From contig CM082577.2 in assembly GCA_040954595.2 (NCBI GenBank), positions 12,717,903-12,781,902 of the forward strand: DNA of 64,000 nt, written 5' to 3'. The notes under the pieces were generated by a model, which made no database searches, was not told where the DNA came from, and worked only from the letters and a program-made list of their open reading frames with translations. Positions within the stretch are counted from its first letter, which is position 1; each line of letters starts with the position of its first letter. This document shows, one piece after another, positions 36,401-48,986 of this stretch. The position numbers and the translations under genes were made by a program. This DNA is from Balanoglossus misakiensis (Eukaryota; Animalia; Hemichordata).

Positions 36401-39400
36401 GCCCCGGACACTCAGAGCCCATTGCAAGTTAGCGGAACAATTGATGTTGTTATGGGAGTACCGAATGATTTCTATCTGTCAGTTACAATCACCACAGCAT
36501 CTGACAGTACAGGATTGCTGTCTGGTAAACTGATGGATCTGCTGAAAGTCGATGCGTTCTTGACCGGTTCGACCAACGGTGACACAGTTGAAGCAAACTT
36601 GCCAGCGGATCCCATGACCTTTCGAACAAATGCGCTTATCAACTTCGCGATCACGCTAAGTTTTGACCTGTCCCAAAGAAAGTGCGAGAGTTTCTCTCAT
36701 ATCTGCGTCGAAGTGTCACCGACAGCCCACTCTAACTGGTTTTGGCACACTCCAAACAACCACGTTGGTCCTGCCTGTGTACAGTTTGATTCCTGCTGGG
36801 GTAAGTAGAGAAGGTATTTCAATGACCTGACATATCGATAATCACATGTCTGTCATACAATAATATTGTGTAAACACGATTGGAAATATTTTGAGATAAT
36901 ATGAATTCAAACGGTCTGTCAAAACATGTTGCAAAATATGCTGTACCAGGCTGTAATATTTCCCTACAGGTTAAGATAAATAGCAAAGTTTAAACCACTA
37001 TACTATATGCAGTTAAGTATATTTCATAAATTTTCACGTTACGAGTTGCGTTAACCGACTTGTATCACGAATTTGCCGAGTTTTGCCTCAGTCAAACTTG
37101 GAGCCGTGGCTGCAGTCTGGGTGGGTGACGTCACTTCCGCCTGTAATGGGCTTTGAATGCTCGAATAGCATCTATGAAACTTAGCTACATAAATCCCCTC
37201 GCGGGGTATCAGAGAGAGAGAGAGAGAGAGACCGAGAGAGGCTATCTGTCATCGTGGAGGGCCTGGGTGCGATTCCCACCGCCCACAATGCAGTTTTTTA
37301 TCTAGTGAAAACTAATTTTGTACAGTTTAACCAAAAACAGTCAAAACAATAAAGATTTAACTACTGTTACAGTAGATACAACATACTCTAGGAGATAGGT
37401 ACCTTTAATCACTGACAGAATTTTTGGTAAGGAAGGTTTGAGAAGTCCATTCTATGTAAGAAATCACACTGATTCCAAAAAAGCAGTCTTATTGACCCAA
37501 CTCAAGACAAAATTGCCCTTTTGGAAACTTTTTGCCCCAAAAGAGTCATTTTTAGAAAACATTAAAAACAAACTGTTTCTTCACATTCAGGGATCTGATG
37601 ACGTAAGATATGCTCATTCGATGTAAAATTTGGTGGAAATTCCAAACAATTGACCCCACACAATTGCCTTTTTTGGCACCCATAAGGTCATTTTAGACAA
37701 AATTCAAAACAAACTGTTTTCTTCATATTTGGTGATCTGATGATATATATTGAAAGTCAATTCTATGTTTAAAATGGTGACTATTAAAATTGAAGTAGTC
37801 TTATTGACCCCACTTAATACAAAAATGCCATTTTGGCCACTGTGGGTCAAAAATGGTTCAGAACCACCTAGTCATGTTAGTGGTGTGTTTCTGAACAAGG
37901 CAAATGTTAGTTTTACCCAGCCTGAACATTAAATGAATCAAGCATCAATTACATATTTTTTGTTGGCTGACAGCTTGTAACAAGGAGGTTGGTTACGACA
38001 GAGGCGGAAGTGACATCAACAACGGTCTGCAAAATAGGAAAGATAACGCTGACGCGTGTTGTGAAGACTGCAAGAGTAACATGCTTTGTCGCGCCTGGAC
38101 TTTCAACAAAGCTAACGGCGCTTGTTGGTTGAAGAATCGAATTCCCAATAAAATACGAGTGTCAATTTGGCAATTTTTTCTTGGGTGGGGTCAGTCAGAC
38201 TGCTTTTTTTTCGTAATATCAACCAAATTTTACATAGAATAGGCATATCATATGTCATCAGATCTTCGAATGTGACGAAAACAGTGTGTTTTTAGTGTTT
38301 TCTAAAAATGACCTTTTTTGGGTTAAAAAGTGCCAAAATGGCAATTTTTTCTTGGGTGGGGTCAGTCAGACTGCTTTTTTTTCGTAATATCAACCAAATT
38401 TTACATAGAATAGGCATATCATATGTCATCAGATCTTCGAATGTGACGAAAACAGTGTGTTTTTAGTGTTTTCTAAAAATGACCTTTTTTGGGTTAAAAA
38501 GTGCCAAAATGGCAATTTTGTCTTGGGTGGAGTCAGTCAGACTGCTTTTTTTTCGTAATATCAACCAAATTTTACATAGAATAGGCATATCATATGTCAT
38601 CAGATCTTCGAATGTGACGAAAACAGTGTGTTTTTAGTGTTTTCTAAAAATGACCTTTTTTGGGTTAAAAAGTGCCAAAATGGCAATTTTGTCTTGGGTG
38701 GGGTCAATAAGACTGACTTTTTTGGAATCAGCACCATTTTTTACATAGAATGGACTTCACAAACCTTCCTTACCAATTTTTTTATTTAAAGGCACCTATC
38801 TCCTAGGGTAATAACTTGTCATCATAGTCACTAATTGGTAAGGGTACTTGGAAGTATGACGTAATGATGACGTAATTGATTATTATATCAATTTTTTGCA
38901 ATAATTAGATACTTTACTCAATCAGCTTTCTGTTGATACCAAACACATCACAGTTTTCATCAGTTTTCATCAGTACAATTGCACAGAGACATGTTTTGCA
39001 AAACCTCACATTTATAGGTGAACAGAACACCATTTTCGTAAGGGTATTTTGACTTATGACGTCACTGTGATGTCATGATTTGTCATATCACTTTTATTTT
39101 GTAATTAATGGAAAGCTTGTTTATTAAGCTTTCTTTTGATACCAAATACATCCCTGTTGTTCGAGGTATACGTTCAGAGAGACAGCATTTTACAAGACTA
39201 ATTTACCCCCCTACGTCAATTTATACGCACTTTTAGGCTTTCCTACATACGTTACCCAATATAATTTAGAAGCCAATAACCCGAAAACGCCCCGGTGCCC
39301 AGATGGCAAACAAAGTGAATTTTACTCAGTATATGATAGGCTTTCAGAAAAACATTGTCTCGAAAATTCCCCCGGGGGGGGGGGGGAGGTAAACCCCTAC

Positions 39401-42022
39401 TGGCTCATGGTCTAATAGCATTTGCAGAGGGGAGTACATGGTAAATCATTCTTTGAGCAACTGCAACGTCCCCTACAACCTGCTTTGCAGCCACATTTGA
39501 TAAGCTTTAGTACTGCCTTTGGTGCGGGGAGAGCAAGACATTTTACTGGATAAAACACGCCATTCTCCGATTTCCATCCATTCTTTTCGATTGGTGGAAG
39601 TTCAGGACAATTTGTTGCGTATGATTTATCCCTCATTGTGATGAAGGGGTGGCACCCTTTTCACAGATCAAGCAAATCTCGTTTTTATCTGACATATTAA
39701 TTCTGTAGTTTATTGCAAAATGTCCTAATAGCTATCGATCTGGAACGTAAAACGCGGCTTACGGTGCTAAGAAAATAGCCAATATGTATTTAGTAATAAA
39801 ACTGAGATGTAGTTCACAGACTTGTTTTATTTTCAGTAGTATTGAGCTACAAAATGAGCCAAATTTGATATTGTTAATGTTTACCAAAACAAGTTTTAGA
39901 AGTAAGACATAGTTAAAGGGCTTTTTACAGCACTATTACGCTATTGGCATGAAAATTTGGAAAATACTACTTTAAAATAGACAATACTTCAACTGATATG
40001 TACTTCACAGGCTTTATTAACGACAGTATTTAACTTTGAAATGAGTTCAACTGAATATCGTTTTAATACCCCAAAAAACAAGTGTTGAACTAAAACGTAC
40101 TTCAGAGTTTTTGCACAGACTGATATCGGTGAGAATTTTAGTACAATGGTAAATATGTCAGACATTGATTGTGCTACGAAAGAATAAACAAGTCTTAACG
40201 AAAAAGTTCACATCTACACAGACTTTCACTAATTGCCCCGGGAAAGAGAAAAAAAAGTAACTCTAATATATTATACTATTTGGTATAGCCTAGTATCCTA
40301 TACTTTTGTAAACCATAGAAAACATGAGTGTGGTGATGAGTTGGGTGGCGGTCCAAGGTGAGGGGAGGTATATTATGCCAAACCAAAGAGATATTTGTGG
40401 TTGATTTGCTAGTGTCATAATTCAACTAAGTACATTTATAAAACTAAGATAGCGCTGTAGTATATGTGACAACTGATACAAATGTAGGTAACTGATATGT
40501 TTACCCCATAAACCGTCTAATATTTGAGATTCCCAAAATGTGGAGAGGCCCTAAACTTTGACCTCCCTCATTTTTGAGCAGTTAGGTCCCCATAGAAGTT
40601 AAAAAAAAGAAATAGGAAGAAATCCTTTACAAATACACATGTCACACTATGAAGGTTAGATCAGCGAACAAATATCTCCAGGGCTGCTAAAACTAAAGTG
40701 ACCCCCCCCCCCCTGCAAGAAAATGTGATGGAGGGGTCCAACAAATTGATTTCTAACATTTTGGGGATGTTTATTCATCATTGAAACCAAAACAGCAAAC
40801 AAAACAAATAACTATTAGCAAAAACTCCTACGAGAATACACGGTATAGGTGAACAAAGACCGTTAAGATTGTCGGAATGGAAGTGCCCCCCCCGACAAAT
40901 GTAATAGAGGGGCCCTAAAATTTGCATGTGATCTTTTGTGACCAGGTGGAACCCTATTTAAGTCAAAACAGCAAAAAAAAATTCTTTAGCAGAAAATTCT
41001 ACGAAAATGGAGTAGATAGGTGAATAAATATCTTCGGGGGGCCAAAACAGGAGTGACCCCCCCCCCCTCCGAAAAAATATGATGGAGGGGCCCTAAAAAT
41101 TGCACCCCATCATTTTCGGGTAGTTGGGTCCCCATTGAAGCCAAAACAGCAAAAAAATCAATTTTAGCACAAAAATCCTACGGGAGCTGTTTTTCTTGAC
41201 ATACCATACCGCAATATATAATGACTTCGGATTTTATAACAAAGTTTTCTGTCATTCCTCGTTTCAGCTGAGACCACTCTTGAATTGCTTTCGACTCACA
41301 CAGATGTTGCTGTTCAAATCAATGTCCCTGATTTGACAGCTGTGACTGCGTGTCTCTGGGTCAAAGCTGATTCACCAAACGAAAAGGCAACGTTGGTTTC
41401 TTACTGTGTCAGCCAGTCCAGCTGTAACGAGTTCCTCTTGTATGGTACAACCCATATGGACATTACTGTCAAACAGAAGAGCGTTAAGACAGAATTGGGT
41501 GTAGATGATGGTGCCTGGCATCATATGTGTGTAACATGGTCCTCAAGTGGTGGAAACTGGGCATGTTACCATAATGGTGACTTCTATCAGAGTGGAGATG
41601 GTTTAGCGTCTGGTGAGACTATAAGAACTGGTGGGACATTGGTGTTAGGTCAAGAACAGGATGACCGGAGGGGTGGATATGATGAGTCACAGGCATTTGT
41701 TGGCAGCATCACTCAATTCAACATGTGGTCCAGAGTTTTAACAGATTGTCAGGTTGCGATGGTTGCACAAGACTGCTCAATTGGAGGAGATGTCTTTACT
41801 TGGAATACTGCTTCTCTCTACATGTCAGCTAATGCAGAGCTGGGAAAGAGCAATATTTGCTGTAAGTTATGTTTTTAAATAAGATGCAATTATTTGATGC
41901 TCACCATTTGGAGGTTTTACACAACAATATACATGTCAAAGAAGATTTGATGTTTCAAAAATTAGCATTTTTACTACCAATTACACATTACAGATTAACA
42001 GATAGCGTAGACACCATCTTCA

Positions 42023-42056
<34 letters not shown>

Positions 42057-44282
42057 CATACATACATACATACATACATACATACATACATACATACATA
42101 CATACATACATACATACATACATACATACATACATACATACATACATACATACATAGATACATACATACATACTTCAGCGTCCTTGCATTTAAAATGGCG
42201 CGCTTGTTTTAAAATAAAAATCTTTCAAAATATCTCAGCTATAATGGCATTTTGAAGTAAAGTTTTCTCTTTTTCCACTTTTCAGCTGAGGGAAAAAGTC
42301 TCGAATTGCATTCCACTAAAACTGATGTTGCTGTTCAAATCAATGTCCCTGATTTGACAGCTGTGACTACATGTCTCTGGGTCAAAGCCGATTCGCCAAA
42401 CGAAAAGGCAACGTTGGTTTCTTACTGTGTCAGCCAATCCAGCTGTAACGAGTTCCTCTTGTATGGTACAACCCATATGGACATTACTGTCAAACAGAAG
42501 AGCGTTAAGACAGAATTGGGTGTAGATGATGGTGCCTGGCATCATATGTGTGTAACATGGTCCTCAAGTGGTGGAAACTGGGCATGTTACCATAATGGTG
42601 ACTTGTATCTGAGTGGAGATGGTTTAGCGTCTGGTGAGACTATAAGAACTGGTGGGACATTGGTGTTAGGTCAAGATCAAGATGACCGGAGGGGTGGATA
42701 TGACGAATCACAGGCATTTGTTGGCAGCATCACTCAATTCAACATGTGGTCCAGAGTCTTAACAGATGGGCAAGTTGCGATGGTGGCACAAGACTGCTCA
42801 ATTGGAGGAGATGTCTTTACTTGGAATACTGATTCTCTCTACATGTCAGCTAATGCAGAGCTGGGAAAAAGCAATGTTTGCTGTAAGTTATGTTTTTAAA
42901 TAAGTTGCAAAAATTTGAAGAACCCAATATAATGGAATAATACAATATAGAATATATTTGGTGTCATCACGAGGGGCATTGTTCATATCAATTGCACATT
43001 TTAAAACTGACATACATACATACGTACGTACATACATACATACATACATACATACATACATACATACATACATACATACATACATACATACATACATACA
43101 TACATACATACATACATACATACGAAGTATGCGGTTCGACTGGTCCGATCCAAAGTGCTCAATACAAGAGTAGAGCGGAGTATAAAGGAGGGTAGTAGGA
43201 GAAACGGAAGGCGGTTAAATCTCTACAACGCTGTTTCGTGAGTCACTAGACTCACTCATCAGGAGATCAAATGATGAGTGAGTCTAGTGACTCACGAAAC
43301 AGCGTTGTAGAGATTTAACCGCCTCCCGTTTCTCCTACTACCCTCCTTTATACATACATACATACATACATACATACATACATACATACATACATACATA
43401 CATACATACATACATACATACATACATACATACATCTAAGCTCCATGACTTTCAAATTGCTTGTTTTAAAATAAAAAAAAATTCCAAATATCACAGCAAT
43501 ATATATAATAGCATTTTGAACAAAGTTTTCTGTCTTTCCACATTTCAGCTAAGGGAAACACTCTTGAATTGCTTTCGACTCAAACAGATGTTTCTGTTCA
43601 AATCAATGTCCCTGATTTGACAGCTGTGACTACATGTCTCTGGGTCAAAGCTGATTCGCCAAACGAAAAGGCAACGTTGGTTTCTTACTGTGTCAGCCAA
43701 TCCAGCTGTAACGAGTTCCTCTTGTATGGTACAACCCATCTGGACATTCATGTCAAAGAGAAGAGCGTTAAGACAGAATTGGGTGTAGATGATGGTGCCT
43801 GGCATCATTTGTGTGTAACATGGTCCTCAAGTGGTGGAAAGTGGGCAAGTTACCATAATGGTGACTTGTATCAGAGTGGAGATGGTTTAGCGTCTGGTGA
43901 GACTATAGAAACTGGTGGGACATTGGTGTTAGGTCAAGAACAGGATGACCGGAGGGGTGGATATGTTGAGTCACAAGCATTTGTTGGCAGTATCACTCAA
44001 TTCAACATGTGGTCCAGAGTCTTAACAGATGGGCAAGTTGCGATGGTTGCACAAGACTGCTCAATTGGAGGAGATGTCTTTACTTGGAACACTGCTTCTC
44101 TCTACATGTCAGCTAATGCAGAGCTGGGAAAGAGCAATGTTTGCTGTAAGTTATGATTTTAAATAGGATGCACTTATTTGATGCTCACCATTTAAAGGTT
44201 TTACACAACAATATAGATCAACACGGCATTACTCCTAATTGAATAAAAACTTAATATATCGTTTTCTTGCCCTATTACAGAA
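33424..44282 (+). CDS. Gene B: type II membrane protein (TM + 4 uncharacterised Cys domains + PAN + 3 pentraxins). Exons 33424-33532, 34305-34883, 35165-35575, 35815-36243, 36393-36800, 37974-~38189, 41268-41861, 42286-42882, 43549-44145, 44281-
   Basis: All internal exons have AG/GT borders, lengths divisible by 3 and phase 1-1. The first visible exon encodes KRRRK-VIIGVLLTTGLILAGGGAAGGFF (signal anchor). The stop is T|AA split by the last intron, with AATAAA at 44416. The start exon was not found. Confidence 0.8.
37386..38808. mobile_element. Foldback-like element with long repeat-built inverted arms, flanked by TA
   Basis: TA-ctctaggagatagg ... cctatctcctaggg-TA. Left arm ~37386-37850 is the inverted homologue of right arm 38168-38808, which holds ~3 copies of a ~172-bp unit. 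Confidence 0.7.
37974..38189 (+). CDS. PAN/apple domain exon (absent from the ORF track)
   Basis: After the ctgacag acceptor it reads CNKEVGYDRGGSDI...ADACCEDCKSNMLCRAWTFNKANGACWLK. The 3' end runs into the repeat arm and the donor G|GTCAGT at 38189/38190 is inferred. Confidence 0.75.
38811..39636 (-). mobile_element. Academ-like transposon remnants (terminus + Cys-rich C-terminal transposase fragment)
   Basis: 39412-39636 encodes GW...PAPKAVLKLIKCGCKAGCRGRCSCSKNDLPCTPLCKC (Cys8-type finger); adjacent segment ends ...cccctactggctcatggtcta (TAG-type terminus). Superfamily assignment is from memory. Confidence 0.5.
40530..41190. repeat. Degenerate ~175-bp tandem repeat (3-4 units)
   Basis: Recurring gtg(a)ccccccc...gatggagggg.cc...aaaacagcaaa...ttagca.aaa..ctacg. 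Confidence 0.7.
42023..42173. repeat. (TACA)n microsatellite
   Basis: Direct reading. Confidence 0.95.
43011..43435. mobile_element. (TACA)n tract interrupted by a Penelope-like inverted pLTR fragment (43124-43353)
   Basis: 82-bp inverted arms at 43180-43261 and 43272-43353, 10-bp spacer, one mismatch; TACA repeats on both sides. Confidence 0.75.
43219..43267 (-). ncRNA. Type I minimal hammerhead ribozyme
   Basis: Minus strand reads AUCUC-CUGAUGA-GUGAGUC(UAGU)GACUCAC-GAA-ACA(GCGU)UGU-A-GAGAU: full catalytic core, stems I, II and III, and a GUA cleavage triplet. Confidence 0.85.
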
Positions 44283-47200
44283 CTCGGGAGATTGGAGATG
44301 TGCAAGAATAACAGAAAAGCATGGATGATTTCTTTCATTTTCAGTAATAAGTATAATTTACGGATGTTATTACATAATTTTGGATTTAAAATGCTTGCTT
44401 TCTATCGGTATATAGAATAAAGAACACTTATCAGATCAAGTTGTTTTTCTTGCTGTGGAAATGCATTCTTCGGAGGCCAACGATGATGTGGCATTTTACA
44501 ATCTTACAACAATACCAATAACAATCAGCCACTATTATGCGGCATTTTGTTCTCAAGGCACATTTGTACACGTTCTTATTCAATTCTTTGAAGGATTTCT
44601 TGTTCGACTGAGTCCTGGTAGTTTACCGCAGATGCGTCAATCAAGCTCAAGTCCGATTTTTCTCAAGAGTTGCGCCGATAGAAACTTAAATATAACTTTT
44701 CTTGGAACATGAAACATGAGTATCGAAGAACTTGTTGAACGAATTCGAATCTTGGCCACCGGAGTCGTCAAGGTTAGAGATGGGTGTTGAAATTACATGT
44801 AGCCTGTCTAAAGCATCATCCAATTAGTAATAAGGTCTCGAAAAAGGTCACCAGCTTGTTGGCACGATGTACGTCTAATAGACAATTGTGTACGTCGTTG
44901 GCCGATCGCGCTAGTATTGTTTTAATGGTTAAAAGTAGTCGCAGAGGACTATGTTGACGAAACATAATAACAATGTGACTCGAACCCTATTGTATATGGA
45001 TGCACAATTGTAGCAGACTGCCACAGTTACGTTACATATGACTACACATAAACATGTGCCTCCTCAATGGGTTTATGAATAAGCACGTAGTACCCACCGA
45101 GAGAAAACTATTTCTTTGACGTGCATGTTTCCTCGACTGCCAAATAACCTATTCACAGTAGCGCCCGGGAATGCATAAACAAACAAGACGAAAAGAAGAG
45201 CGAAGAAGACGATGATTTGTAGATCCTGCAAACGGTGAAACGTAAACAGCCAGAAGGCTGGACGGCTGGGAAAAAACACAGAAAAAAACTTTTTTTACAG
45301 GGGTGTCATTTTGTTGATTTAAAGGACGATGCGACCTACAAACCATGTTCTAGTTTAATGATTGTAGTTTTTCTTTTATTTTCCTAAACCCTCGGAGGTA
45401 TACAGGATAAACGAATGTGTATAGGGTAATCTACCATTATTTACATGCTGGTCACGTGATATTTTCTCGGACCTTTCAATAATACAATCCGGCTTTACCC
45501 CGTTTCCTAAACAAATTGTACACCGTTCCCATTGAAATAAGAGCATTGACACATCTTGAGAACATCTTTCAAAGTTTTGTGTCGAGGCACCTTGAATATT
45601 GAATTAGCTGCATGTTTTGACGAATTTGGTTTTAGAACATAATCATGAAACTTTACGCACGAAACCTTGACCATAAAAGGGACAGGTTTAAAATTGAAAA
45701 TTCTAGCCGAGTCTAGCTAAATTAACATTCTAGCTGAAGGGGTATGTTTTACAGTAACTTCAGCATGCTGGAATTACTTCTACGTAATGTCGGTTCCATA
45801 TAAAAATCGACTTTCGATAATACAGGTCACATTGCACGGAACAAGCCTTCAATATTTCAGGCCGGCCGTTAAGTGTGGGAAACTTCTGCCCAACGAATTA
45901 GGAAAAGTGGCAAAAACATATACTGTAACAAAATTCCTGAATGCTAAGTTTTATGATTTGTTAGGTATCCACGATATTTGACGCTTTTTTGGTTAGAGGA
46001 GGAAGGCTTGCTTACTTGACAGCTGATAACATAACATCTTCGGAAAAGCGTTGATAACACGCGGGATATTGTCAATCTCAGTCTTTCAACAAGTGTCATT
46101 ATTTTCCATTGGTTTTTTCACGGTGTCCATCAACGCGCCACGGAGAAACCTGATATTAGCCAAATAACCTATTCACCTATTCGGGAATGCGCGCGCAAGA
46201 GATATAAAACTGCTCCTCGTACGCGAAGAATTCTGAGCGGCTTTCATTTTAACATACTGACCATAACAGTTTTAGTTTAATGTCATGTTGATGGCCTTGC
46301 CAATATATTTTGCTGCTTTTCCGTAAATTAACTTTGAACTTGGAAAATAAACTTTGAATATAAATACGAGTAACTGAAGGCTGACCCTATACGCAGATTG
46401 TCACTGGTGGATCAAATTGTTCGTGTTCCATTTATAACTAGACTAGCCTACTAGTCGCTTGGTGATTTTTAAATCTCAATACTTTATGTGTTTTCGGTGG
46501 TTTTTTGTCTTAATAAATAATTGCAATACTTTTTGCGTGCATGCTTGCCTTGAGCGTGTTTTTGGTAGTGAGGCGAGTTTCGAATTTGGGACTGAGTTTG
46601 TGGTTTCGGGTAGCGTCGACCTATGGGCCGACACGTTCCCTACATAGCCCATAGACTTGGAGCAAGTCTAATTTATAACGTTATTCGTTTGAAAGTTGAC
46701 AACGCGATATAACTTTCATAGTTACGGTCAACCACATAGCTTCGTTGCTGTGTATTGCTCATCCATTTCGGAAGAGAGAAAGTTATCGCCGCCGTCTGAA
46801 AATCACAACTATAACTGTTATCCGCCTCAGTGGTGGGGCCGAGGATCCCAACGACCTCGAGATTATCGCCCTGGATTTAGCAGCAGCCGCTGGCCACAGT
46901 GCACGGTCAGACGTCGACGAAGCGACAGCTGCCAATGTGACCGAAGACCTTAGTGGGTGCGTGGATGACTGGGCACGGTCGGGGAGGACTCTGCCCGGAT
47001 TTTGATCACCAAACCAGCGCACAATTTGGAAACGACAACCGACTCGAGGATAATGTTGTAGCAAAGGAGACGGCCAAGAGTAAGAAGAAACGCGGACGCC
47101 AGGCCGGGAAACGGGGAAAGAGAAGCGGGAGTAAGAAGTCCCGAGGAAGTAAATGAGGAAGAGCGGGGAGAGCGATTCCATCGTTGCTCATCAGGAAAAC

Positions 47201-48986
47201 ACCGCAAAGAAGTCGCCGGAGAAGCTGGAATCCACCGACTCCGAGTCGAACCCGTCATGCTTTGCTGCACTTCGTAAACGTGTGAACTGGGTAAGAGAAT
47301 GGTCGCCTTGATGGCCACACTTCTTACATCACAGCCAAGACATTCATCGCCGAAGGCGAAGGACGCAAAAGCGTAGCCTATAAACTGGAGTTCGACATCT
47401 CCAAGCCGGTCAAAGCGCCACCAAGGCACGTCAGTTTTGTGGACAGGAGACCTAACACTCCCCACACCGTTTACACTCTTAACCAGAAGATAAAACAGGC
47501 GGAAGAGAGACGGAGGGGAGCCGAGGAGTACAAGAGCGCAAAGGCCGCTCTGATGAGTGCGGGGATCACCGCGACTGTGGCAGGTGACGGACGGAGAACA
47601 ATGTCAAGTAATGAAGGAGGAGGCCAGAAGCGGGAATTGGCAAGCAGAAGCGGCTGCAGAGACAAAAGAAGGGAAAATAGATGACATGTTTAATGATCAC
47701 GTTCCGAGGTCCGCGAGTGAAGGAGAAAAAGAGTGGCGGGTAGATGATAGCGACAGGACATCTTCGGCAACCAATGGCTTTATTGGCTGACCAAGCAAAG
47801 CCGTACGGACCGCGGGGAACGGGGGAATTCAGTCAGTCGCGTACCCGAGAGAAGAGCCACTCGTACAGTTTATGCTCACGTAATTTAAATAATTTACAGG
47901 ACATGGAAACACCGTGCAAATTAGATGAAACTTAGTACAAATAATCTTCATAAACAGGTTTGTTCCCAAAAGTCGTCGTGAAAATTATCAAAAGTAACTA
48001 ATTCCCGACTCTGCGAACTTTGATAATTTTGTCATTTTTCATGGGGTTATAGCTCTTGAAAACTGTCAAAAGATGACATCGACAAATTATCAACTTTGCA
48101 AACTTTGGTGATTTTGTCATTTTGGGGCATTTTTCATGGATTATATAGCTCACGGAAATTGTCAAAACATGCCAATTCCATGTTCCGGATTTCTGTAGAT
48201 CAGTAAGACAACAAGACTACAGCCCGATGAGAGTTTACTACTTCCGTTGTCGACCGGATGGCCATGTCGAAATAAACATCAGCGAGTCCGAGTTGTTTCC
48301 AGATAAATTCCAACATCTGTTTTGAACCATTTATTTCACAAATTGTATGTTGGCGTAAGTGGGAGATCAGAAATGTACATCAGAAGTTACACGTACACGA
48401 GCAGATGACAGAAATGACCCTTCCTTTAGAAAAATCCATCCAAATATGACACCAATATATTATCTTAATTATAAATAAACACACAATTATGATTCTAAAC
48501 ATTAGTGTTTTATTTATAAACATGACCAATTTTGTATAAACCTAATATTTCGGTTATACGCTGTTATATTCGGTAAACAGAAACAATATTAAGTACCTTA
48601 AAACCATAATTAGTGGCTGCCCTCTCTGGATCTCCACTTATATAGGAAAAGTACAGGAAAACCCATGTGTAGTGGGTAAATTGCTGGTGCATGCAAGTAC
48701 ACATGAAATACTCAAACTGTGGAAATGTTGAAAGCGAATGGGCTGATGGGGAGGAACAGAATGCGACACACTCGAGGGTTGGCGGAAACTTGGCAAAAAC
48801 TTTAATGCAAATGCAAAGAGTTTGACAAAACCAGCACCAAGCCGCCAAGCCAGAGGGGGGGGAGCATTCGGGGAGTTCCCATCAGCCCGTAAGAACTACG
48901 ACTGCCTAGTAACTTGCAATAAAGATGCCTAACACTGAAGAAAAATTACAGCGAGTAAACTATATTGACTGGACGAGATAAAAGAT

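Noticed and set aside
19952-44156. Eight separate single-exon pentraxin genes, as the ORF track implies
   Set aside because: Most starts are TTG codons inside exons, there are no signal peptides, and each is bounded by splice sites, so they are exons.
45138-46190. Short direct repeat gccaaataacctattcac..cgggaatgc
   Set aside because: Too short to define an element; boundaries could not be established.
46700-47900. GC/CpG-rich stretch with many short overlapping ORFs
   Set aside because: No recognisable domain; possibly a decayed element, but unsupported without a search.
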